From: Tubulanus polymorphus
Taxonomy: Eukaryota > Animalia > Nemertea
Length of the DNA: 64,000 nucleotides
Direction: 5' to 3'
Assembly (NCBI RefSeq): GCF_964204645.1
Contig: NC_134036.1
Coordinates: forward strand, 11,077,859 to 11,141,858
Made by a program: the position numbers and the translations under genes. The notes beneath the pieces were generated by a model. The model worked only from the letters and a program-made list of their open reading frames with translations, was not told where the DNA came from and did no database searches. This document shows positions 40,401 to 52,400 of the stretch, in pieces (positions within the stretch are counted from its first letter, which is position 1; every line of letters begins with the position of its first letter).

Positions 40401-43400
40401 ATTCACACACAATGATTTGGCCCGGGCTAAAATTTTGCTCGAGCCTGGTCCGACGTTTTTAGTCGTGTCAAAGAGGCATTTGGACCACGTGTGAATAGTT
40501 GTTCCGGGATAAAAGCGCTCGTATGATAAAGGCTGGCTTAATATGTCATCATCGCCAGCCAGTGTTTCATTGCCACCCGCCAAAGCTCACGCCAGCACAT
40601 ACCCTGGCCGCAGACCCTTCATTAGTATATTACATTTCCCAATATTTCTTGGGCAGACAGGTTTCCGCTCAGCGCCCACCAGTCTATATATCTAGAGATG
40701 TATTGTTTTTACCGGTTAGTTTGCTCTATAAATACCACGCATCTGACTGGCTAGATATATAGACTGTAGGGCGTTGAACAGCAACCAGTCACCCAAGAAA
40801 TTTTGGGCGATATTATAGACCAGTGAAGGGTTTAAGCCGGCTTGCGACGATCACCCAACGCCTACAGACTCGTCGCAAGCGGTAACCTGCTAGTTTCCAT
40901 GTTCAAAATAATTATGCACCAGGCAGAAGACTATTCGATTATAATAATTATTCGACTTACAAACACTTGACTCCGTATGGTGAGGTGGTGTAGGGGGGAT
41001 AACATCCTCATCCGTTCTGACGACTTGGTTAACTTAAATATAACACAAATAAAAGTTAAAATTAATCACTAGTGTCCTCGTGAATCAAACAATATGACCA
41101 GTCAGTCCATTGGGTTTGCGTTGGCATGAGCTCCGGCGGGCGGCAATCAAACCCTGGCAAGCGGGGATTGCTTATGTCGAAAAGCGGGGTTTCGACGCAA
41201 CTGGGCTTATTAACTGGGTTTTTGACTATGGTCAGGCCAATTTTTGGGCTGAAGATGTATCTTGGGTAGATACACGTATAAACCAAATATCAAGATAATC
41301 CATTGAAGCGTCTTCAAAACTTCCCAAAATAACTGGATTCCGAAACTAAGTGAACGCAATAGCCCGCTCGGACTTAAGTGGATTATGACGTGAGCGGCCT
41401 CTCGGTATGCAGTTCTTTATTAAGTACATCTAGAAACTTATTTAGGAATCAATCCCCGCATAAAGTTGAATTGATTCAGTTATGTTGCCCATGCAGTTAA
41501 AAAGGGGAAATAGTATACGCAAGTTAAAATACAAATAGCCAGAAGACTATTCAATAAATGATGATTATTCAATACACACCTGACGTATGGTGAGGTGGTG
41601 TGGCGGGGATAATGTCCTCATTGCGAGTACTGGCGACTTCATAACCTTTAATATTACAAAAATAAGCTTTATAGGATAAACACCAGTTTTTTCGTATGAA
41701 TATAAGTATTACTTACATATGTCCATTTCCTTGTCAATGACGGAATTGCTGGTTTCGTCATTGATACCATTCCCTAGGAAATGACGCAACAAAATGACAG
41801 AACAACGTGCAGTTTTTTCAGAGATATTTATGAAAAAAAAGTATCAATTGGCCTATATGATGTTCATGACTTGGTATTTAACAAGCTCAAAAGCCTTCAA
41901 ATCTGAAAATTTTCAATCAAACCAATATTCAGTGTTCCAGATATGAAAAAAATAGAAATTTAACACCCATCTTTAAAACCTACAAAGGCATTTTGCTGTA
42001 TTTGAGCAGTTTTGGGAGGGGAGTGGCAAATTTGATGCCCCACCGCAAAATATCAATTCGTTGTATACTATCATAGACAGGAACACTGTTAGTTGGAAAA
42101 AAATAATAAATTAAAAAAGATTCAACTCCAATTTGAACACATATTACAACAGATACCTGATTTGCGATTCGTTTTTTTCATCTATTATAAACAATAAATA
42201 CGGATAGATACGTAAGGTGAATTAACCCATATTTTGATAGCCAGAAAAATGTCTAAGATAAACAGATAACTTACCATTCTCCACGGATTGTCCTTCACTC
42301 CGTAATCATAGCGGAGTTCGGTATGGGCTGGGATATCTTTAAGAGCGAAAAAACACAAGTGTGGGGCGTCGAATCGATCGAACATTATCTTTGGCGTGCA
42401 ATTTTGCAGCCCCTTCCAGCCATCGTTGATAAGACGACCCAGGCTTTTATCTTCAATGGTCGCATCAATGCTAAAAGTGCAAAATACATACCAAATTTTC
42501 TACCACTTCAAATTATATCTATCATGTAACATGTACAATATTTCTTCTAAACTATACTATGTAGTAGTGATAGGGCATCCATCAATTTTTTTTTCTAGCG
42601 CTAAATCTTAGATGTTATATGCATGGATGAAGTGCTAGGTCTACAAGTCGAATCGAAATTATACCGTATAAAGCGTAAAAGCCGAATTCCTAGACCTTAA
42701 AAATCGTGTATATTTTTGGACATAATAAATTTTTTAGGAAGAGAGTCCAGAAATTTATGATGATTGTCAATGTTGTGTGGGACACAATCGAAATTTAAAA
42801 AATGGTGGCATATCATCCAACCAGTCCGGTCGGTGTGCAGAAGTCATTGTATATACGCGTTCAACCCCCGATATACGGCTCACATCGGTGCAGAATGATT
42901 TGGCGTTATAGAGGGTATGGCGGTATATCGGGAGTGTTTTACTATGTATTTGTATAGGGGTGTCCATTGAGAAAATCTGGCGGTAGGCGAGGGTGGCGGT
43001 GTATGGGAGGGCGGTATATGGGGGGTTGACTGTACTCTTGCCTTCTGGTGTGACAGTAGAGTAATTTTTCCATATACATGAAAATAATTTGTCAAAAGTG
43101 TAGTTAATTCAATCAACTCTTATGGTTTTTTTCACATACGAGGTCGCTGGCTGAGGTCACGTTAGGCCTGCTGTTATATGCTGGCTGCTGTGTTGCACTC
43201 ACACATCCCCGAATGTAGGTTAGAGTAGGTTAGAGTTACTTCAAGTCAATTAGACAGTTATTTTAATCGACGGAACAATTGAAATTTTGAGATGCTCCCT
43301 TATCCCTGTAAAAATCTCACACAGTAAAACAAAACTAAGGGCAAAATATCAGGATATCTATCTATTGGTTTTAACCTTGAGGAATAATTACCGGGGGATT

Positions 43401-46400
43401 ATTACCTGTTACATAATTACCCAAGCATACGTACATATGCTGTACACTCGTAAGCGCCAGTCAATGAAAGTCTGGTTTTCTGAGATTCAAGTACAAATAA
43501 TCTTACACTGTATCAATTTCCCGGGTACATCATTGCGAAAGTGAAAATGATGAGATTATATCATTGAGGCTATATTTCAACGAAAAAATCAAAAGTTTAG
43601 TCGACTTTATGTCGAGTTCTTTTCACAACCTATTATCAGAAATTTTCCTCTTCAATTCAAAATTCGATATTCGGTCGTCGAGATCTACTGCTGTCCAGGG
43701 GAGATCTTATATGAAAAAATTTGAATTTATATCGAGTTGAGATAATAACTCGACATAAATTCGGCCAAACTATGTACTAATGATATCGTGAATTAAATTT
43801 TTACTAATTCCTAAATGACGTCCATAGGACCTTCCGTAGATTGCTATATTATTTATGGTTTATTATGCTCAATATTTTCATGAAGAACCAATTCATCTCA
43901 AATACTGTTTAATCGCAAGACTGACAGCTTACGCGCTATCTATCAAGGAAATAACTAATCAACTGATTGACGCTGTTCTCCTGATTCCTTGGCGTATAAA
44001 AATGTCGTCGATATGATCGAGATATGTTCCTAGAAAAAAACTGAAGTCAACTTTTATACGGGGTACATGAATAACCTATGAATTCTGAAGCGAAAATCCT
44101 TGGTTAACTTAAGGGCCTAGACGAAGTCGACTTTTACTTCAGTACAGCAGTAAACCTTGCATAAGTCGAATCTATTGGGACGACTTTGAATAAGTCGGAT
44201 TTCCAGCCTTTTCCGAAAACTTCGACTTGAGAATTTATTTCTGTAAACGGAAAAATTAAATCAACATCAACAAGAAATGATTTGAAAACACTGAACTATT
44301 TCGGGTTCCTTTTTCTATTCTAATGCACCTACAGCTGAAATAACGACTGTTGACATGTATCTTCGATTTCAAGCCAGGAAATCAAACTGCAATGGGAAGA
44401 AAATGGCCCTCCGACTTCTGTTTTGGGACCAGGAAAAGGACTACAAGATGGGCGAGTTTCCGACTTATAAAATCCGACCATGGAGTATATTATGTTTCTT
44501 TGAAAAAAAGGAAAAATCGAAACCATCAATATTCATGTGATAAGCGATTAACCAACTTTTGCCGGATCGACTTACGTAAGGTTTACTACTTGTTGTGTTT
44601 ACATCAGGCGTCACAAAAGGGTGACAAAGTAATTATTTCATTGATTTGGATTGGCGGTATCATTTTTGTGCTTTTGTAGTGACAATTACACGTTTGAGTG
44701 AAGCCAATATATCTCGAGTCATGGATTACGTATTGAGCAATGATTGCAGTTGCCAGATTCAAAATTGTACATCGATTTTTGTTTGATATACAGCTTGATA
44801 ATTGTTATTTGCCACCAGTTCTTCATATAAAATAGTTATTACTAATATACGTTGATAAGTCATCATGCAGCAATTATGAGGTTAAATTTCATTGAGGAAA
44901 TGTGAGGCCCTATGTTTATTTTCCATTTCCTAGTTTTTTAATGTTGCTACCCCATTTTCATTAGTCGCATGATCATAGGCTAAGAACGATACATTGTTTC
45001 TCCGCAGCGGCCGGGTCTAAAACAAATCATGCTGAAAATTTGTAAAAATTAAATCCTGTCGCCGGGATCCTCTCGAAAAGCTTAATTTAAGCGCTGATAT
45101 TTATTATTTATTGTACATGAATTGGGAGGAATTCATCGGAGCGACACGCGCACAATCCTCGCCCGGTAAAGAATAAGCCTTCAAAGCGGGGGCACACTGG
45201 GCGATTTTATTCGTTCTCATGCTTGGGCCACGGAAGTAAGTTTTTTTTCACTAAAGACTGAGCGAGTCGAACCGTTTTACCTCGTGCGTCATGTACATGT
45301 CTTTGCATAAAATAGAAATACAGTTAAACGATGGGGAACGCCCACTCCGTCTCCCTGACTAAATTCACTTATAGTTTTTTGGTGACGATTTTCATTTGAA
45401 AACATTAATATGCAGTCAGTGGATCATAACTCGGGTCTTTCCCTGCCATTTCATATCCACATTTAGAAATTTCAATCTTTTTCTTATTTAAAAAAGTAAC
45501 ATAAATTTGTTTAAATAGAAATAAAATCCTGCCTGCCGGGTGCGTGCAGAGTTTACACAAATCTGTTTTAGATTAATAAAAAATGGTCACTTCGGTGGGT
45601 AGAGAATGTGGAGAAGCAAAGAATCATTTTTAGCCATATGCAGTCAGTTGTCAGGAATCGTAACCGGCATAAGCAGGGAAACAACTGGGGGGATCTCGTA
45701 TCCAGCTAGTCGGCCTCAGTTGTATGGCATAGATATTCCGTCAAAATGAAACATCAAATTTACCCGTCACACTTTCATATTTTACCCGTCAAACTTTCAA
45801 TCTTTACCCGTCAAACTTTCATTTTTCCCCGTCAAAACTAAACATCGAATTTGCTCGTCAACTCAACATAATTGCTCGTCAAATCGTCGTATTTGATGCG
45901 TTAAATATGATCTGAAATATTCTGACAAAACCAAATCGCTATCGTAGATATACTGTCAAAACTCATTACGATTTGACGATCAAAATCGCTATCGTATATA
46001 TTCCGTCAAAACTGAATGTTCATTTTATTTTACCCGTCAAACACACCAATTTTACCCGTCAAACAACGTATTTACCCGTAAAAAGTATCTCGTTTTTACC
46101 CGTCAAAACATCGCATTTTCCCGCAAAAAACATCGTATCTACCCATCAAATTACGCATCAAATCATATATTTGGACCTCAAATATCAATATCATTTCATT
46201 GCTCCTATTTTCTTTTTTTAGACTGTGGTTGATGAGAGCGTGTCCTGATCCTTACTTTTTAACCCACTTTGCTATTGCGTTCACTTTTCGTCCAGTGTCC
46301 GTCCGTAGAAGGAATCCAATTATTTTGGGAAGTTTTGAAGACGTTCCATAATAGATTGACTTCATATTTGGTTTATACGATAAATTATGTCCCTGGACCC

Positions 46401-49400
46401 CTAGTTCAATAGTGAAGTCGGGGGTCCTTAATGTTGCAAACTAATATCCTATAATCGCCCATTACCTCGCTTTGGAGCTTAAAAGTAGGACTTGTTGCCT
46501 GTCAAATTCGGCATCCCCTGCATTCGTGGTCAGAGGCATCTCCGTTAGTCGCTTTGAGACAATTTCAGTGAGGTCCAAATATTCGTCCAAAAACGTGATA
46601 CGGGTAAATAAGAAAGTTTGGTGTTTCATTTTGACAGAATATCTATGCCATATTCAGTTCAAAAGTATTATGATTGAAATCACGTCCATCAATGTCGAAC
46701 ATTCATCAATGAACCTCTGAGGGTTTGTTTCCGCCACTAACTGACACACCGATATACCTTAGAAATCGATCCTCGCTTGAAGTGTTTGAAAAATCACCTC
46801 GCTTGCCAGGGTTTGATAGCTGCTCGTGAAAGCTCACGCCAATGCAAAAAATGCGCAAGCTTCGGCGGACAGCAATCAAACCCTGGTAAGCGAAGATGAC
46901 GCAAGCATGAGCTTCGGTAGAGACAACGAATCCATAAGCTTATTTAACCGCCGATTGTGGTTCCAGAGAATTGCAGACATTTTGATATATCCTTCCAAAC
47001 AAAAAATAAAAGAGCATCAATTCAATATCCATTACATTTATTCAATGAAATAAATACTCATTACATAATCCCGTGCACAGTAAATGTTAGCGTGACCATT
47101 ATATAAGAACTCGAATACAACAATTCATCGGATATAACAAATAAACAATTGTGTCCCAATTGTTTATTTGTTATATCCGATGAATGTTATATCCAAGTTC
47201 GTTATAACGAGTTTCCACTGTATAAAAGCCAATGAAAAAAAACAGTAATAATCCTCAACCATAATACATAAAGGTCTAGTAATAAGGCCACACAAAAAAA
47301 ATCCCATTTCCCAGGCTGGTCAATACCCAAAATGGGTAGGTAGGTAGGGAATTTTTTTTTCTTTTTATAGAAAAAAGATTTTGGGTATACTTTTGAAAAT
47401 GGGGTAGGTCGCAGTAAATACTTTTTACTGGACAAACTTTTTACTGGACAAAATTTTTAGTCAGATATATGATTAATCACAATGATAAAAGGAAATTGAG
47501 GTGTTTGTACAATTACCTATAAAAAACTATACTTTGAACATATTTTCATGGAATTCCTGGAATTTACAATCAAAGGTCGCTATCAATGTCCGATTATCAA
47601 AGTTGTCTGAGCATACCTGCACAATTTCCAGAATCAAATTGTTAAATCTGATGTAATAAAGAATCTTAACGATGTTGATCTCAGTGCCGACATCACGATT
47701 TGATTAAAAAGAAAAAAATATTTACGAGAATGGAGAATTGGTAGTCGGTCGGCCACACAGGCCTACATGTACTGTATATAGGCCTATTTTTGAAAAATGT
47801 TATTTCACCCAAAATTTTGAAAAAGGGTTTTTTAGGCAATTAAATCTTATTTTGAAAATTATTATTTGAACCGACGAACGGGTCGGTCGAGCCCGAGAAA
47901 CAGGGTTTTCTTTTGGTGTGGCCTAATACATACTTTGCCTGAGGACAGCCGATAGAGAGCAGGGCAGTGTTACGCGTAAAACCACTGGCCAAATGGACTA
48001 CAGTAAACTCCGCCAAACCCGGTTCTATTTGGACCGTAATTTCTGAACTGAGTAAACCGAATACCGACTTAAAGATCAGGGAATTTTACGCCCATTCAAT
48101 AGTTTATCTCAGGGAATTATTTAAGGGTTATTGGAACAGGAAGCTGCGAGAGGGATTGTCGGTACAGTGCAGAGAATATCAATCGGTAGTAACCTGACTG
48201 TGGTTTAGTATCACGATCGGATATTTTCACAAACCACACGCCCATCCGATTATAAAAAGCTTACCACCAACGATTAGGTAACTTACTAATCACTATGGTG
48301 ATATTATTAATATATGGACATAAGTGTAACTCTGTTGTCTGTTTTTTCGCCGGAAAGTAGACGTATTTAAGAACAGGGGAACGGTAGGGGAACTCTCTGT
48401 ATGAGAGGGTAATAAATAATGATTATTCTCAGAGAAAAATGTTTGATTTCATTGATTTTCTGATCATAGGAATATTTCCACTTAAGGTGCACATGAAACA
48501 TCTAAGCGGGAACACTGCTATATCAAATGCCTAGCGAAAACAATGATTTACTGCTATCGGCAGTTTTATTTCGAACTAAATATTAGATCAGCACATTTTG
48601 ATCCCTGTCAATCTTTTAACTCCACCATAGAAACTCGCATTCAACGGGAATGAACGCTTCATTTCTATCTATGGTCGGCTTCAAATTTACTATGTTTTTA
48701 GCCGGAACGGACGACGCATTTGAGCAAAAAAATCCACCGAGTAAGGAGGTTTATCGAGTAGAGCGGTACTGAGTAGGGGATAAATAAAGTACTGTATACG
48801 AATGCATAGCGGTCGGGAAATTGCTATGTAATTTCACCGACGCAGCCAGTTTACCATCTGCAACACTCAGCAAATCTTCCTTGTAACCAGTAAATGCCAC
48901 ACGTATCTAAAATCAGACATCCTCCCCGGCAGGGATTCGAACCTGCACCAAAACCCTGCCACAGTAGACCGGGTGCTCAGGTACATATGTGCAGGTTTGC
49001 CGCGTGAAAACTTGCGGCACCAATCAGATTGCTCGTTGTATAATTGTTAAGGCAAATTTCACGGAAAAACTATAAATCGAAAAAACCTACGCATCTAAGC
49101 ATAATACAACGAGTAGTACTAAATAGGGTAACTGTTTTATTTGACGCACGAGATTTCGCTAATAACTACAGCTCGTACGTCAAATAAAAGTTAACCTAGT
49201 ACTTCTCGTCTCATTGTATTTATCCTACCAACCTTATTCATCATCTAAGCTGCGCACTCGATCTAGTGTGGCAGGGTTTCGTACCGTGGGGCTCTCGATT
49301 CCATTAAGGTTCGAATTCTTACCGGCAGAGGCCAATAGGAAAATCAATATGGATATACAGAATATGAAATTATTAAAATACCATCATTGGAGACAATAAG

Positions 49401-52400
49401 ATAGATAAGTTCCACTAGACAGATTGACACAGACAGAAGGAAGACATAGGCCTACGGGATAGACCTTGAAGCCTACAGAAAAACAAGACGGGATGCAAGA
49501 CACAGAAAGAAACAAAATCCACGAGGCTTATTACACAGATAAACACAAAACACACAGATCAGAAGACAAGACCAGATCGCCTACATAACAGTAGACTAGA
49601 TAGACAGACACAAAGAAAAGACCCACTATATGGATTAACACAAAACAGACAGGGGAGAAAACAGAAAGATAAGGTCCATTGCTTGAATTAGGCCATGCAC
49701 GAAACAGACAGGTTAGAAGGCAGAATGACATAAAGCACTGTACGGATAAACACACATTAAACACACATTCGACAGACAGAAAGACAAGTAAGAGACGAAA
49801 AACAAAACAGAAAGATGAATACAGAATGACATGGCACATAAAACGAGCATAGAGACGAGTTTTTGCATGTTTTTAGTCAAGTAATTTAGCAGATAGTCCA
49901 ATAAACACTAATCCGTAAATTGTAGATAATAGAATTCGATGAATTTTAATGTGATAAAATTTACTGACCCGAAGCTACAATGTTTCGGCTGCTGACTGAC
50001 AGCCATCATCAGGTGGAATGCCTCAATCATTCCACCTGATGATGGCTGTCAGTCAGCAGCCGCAATGTGGTGGTTTCGAATGAACTTTATCATGTAGAAT
50101 TTGAATTGTGGGACTTATTCGATTGCTTGAGTAAAATTTTGAGATATTCAATTTTCTATTGGATGTAGGATTTTTAACTATTGGTAGTATGATTTTGAAA
50201 ATGTGAATTTGAAAGGCAAACATTCAGTGATTTGGACATATCGTATTGTCAGATATCAAAATAGGACTACTGAGTTAAAATCAAACTGAGAGTAAAGTTG
50301 TTATAAAACGATGCTGTAATCTGCAAGATTTTTGATCCACTTGATCTACTTTATAAAGTAAAACCAGTAAAAACTTGTAGGCTATACGTTTTGTTTTTGA
50401 GGCCCTATCAATAGAATAATGTGGGTTTTAATTTGGTGTGAACTGAACTGTCTACAGGCCCTCCCCCAGAAAATTTTTGTAAATTTGAAGAATTTTAAAT
50501 TTGACCTATTTGCATTGATAGCAAAGGTCTTATTAAGGGAAGAAATTTAATGTACAATGATTTCAGCCCTCACTAATCAACCAATAATCATACTAACTGT
50601 AACATTGGGTACGAGTAAGCAAATTGACAAAATAACTAAAATGTAATAGGTCCCTATTTAGATAGGCCTATGTTTAATCTAAATGTATTATACCAATCTA
50701 TTCGCTGCCCTAATGACATTTTTTGAATGGTTACTTTAGTAAAAATATCTAGCCTTTGACTAAACAGAGAATGTTGGCCCCTGCATTTTGAATCTAGGGG
50801 GAACCTCTTATTCTGATGCCTATGAGTTTCTAAATTATATTACAGTAGGCCAATACTTACCACATGAAATTTCGTGTTTTTTCATGAATGATGTACACAT
50901 AGGTGGTGTCAGTAATCTTCGGGTCTGATATGCTCCTCACAGTTCCTCTATATTCTAGAAGGAAGTCTCCTTTAGCGAAGGGTTTGAGGGTGAAAACGCC
51001 TCGGCCTGCAAAATAATATTCAAAAAGGCACTCCTATGAATGAAAAAAATATTAGATTGGGCCACACCAAAAAATCATGTGTTTTCGGGCCAGGGCAATC
51101 ACAAAAATGGATATGTAGGTAGGGAATATTTTTTTTCTTTTTGTAGAAAAATATTTCAGGCTCTATTGACAGTGGGTACTAGGTAGGTCAATAATTTTTA
51201 GAGAATGAAATTTCCAGTTGAAAATATGATTAACAGCTAGAAGACCACAATAATAAAAGGAAGTTGCGTTTTTTCTAGGCCTACAATAAACTATAAAAAC
51301 TAGGGGTCCAGGGACACAATGCCACTTGGTAAGTGGTTTGAAATGCTCAACAATCTGACAATTTGCAACAATGATGGTCTCCAAGAACATCAGAAATTTT
51401 TGGAATTCTGTGGCCCCTCCCCTCCGCCTCGACCAATCAGTATTTTTCTGCAGACATTTTCTGTTTTCCAGAATTTTTCTGATTTTCTAAATGCAGAAAA
51501 ATTCTGTAATTCAGAAGTTTCTCCCAAGTGTCATTTCTGGACATGTATAACAAAAATCTGTAAATAAAACTTTAGGCCTAGATTGTAGAGCAAGAACGAG
51601 GTCCATAATATCTATTTTATACAGAAATTTGGTTGTTTTCAATGACCTAAACATGTCAAACATAATAGGGCTCATCATCCTCTCATCATAAAACCACAGT
51701 TCAAGTACGAATAAAATGAGTCAAAAACCTTACCGTAGAGCAGTAAAAAACTCCAAATTGACTAGGCCTACCAGTATCTAAGACATCTTGGATGACCTAC
51801 ACACATTAAAAACAGTAGTCCCATCCTCCTTTTGCCCTTAATACAATACCAAGTTATATAAGAAAATCCGTAGGCTCCTTTAAAACATTAGACTATGAAG
51901 CGGGAATAAGCTCCAAAATGGCTATGGCAGCCATTTTAGATTACCAGTCAAAAACAATAGGGTTCATCCTCCTCACACCTAAAGTCAAAAGAAAATCAAC
52001 TAAAAACTTAAGCCTGTAGAGTGGGAACAACATCTGCACGCCCGCACGCACATCCGCACAGACACAAGCCATGACAATACCCCTCGCATCCTACAGCCAA
52101 GCCGAGGGTAAAAAGTGTGTTTAGCGATCAAAAATGGCTACCGGACAGCTAGTGTACGTGATTCGTAAGGTAGATAGACCTACCATGCCCGTAGATCAAA
52201 AATTGGACAAAAAGCGAACAGAATAATTGCTACCGGGGTAACTGGGATCATTCATTTATTATGTACGCATAAAATTCTAATTTTTCAACCCCCCTCTGTA
52301 CGCAAAATCGGCCATTGTTTCATATACGTAAAGCATTACAGTACGTAATTGCACTGACCCCTCTCCCTCCCCTGGTGTGTACATAATAAACGAATGACCC

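Noticed and set aside
48915-49330. tRNA genes (also at about 27115 and 54935)
   Set aside because: Only B-box fragments without a cloverleaf; probably SINE remnants.
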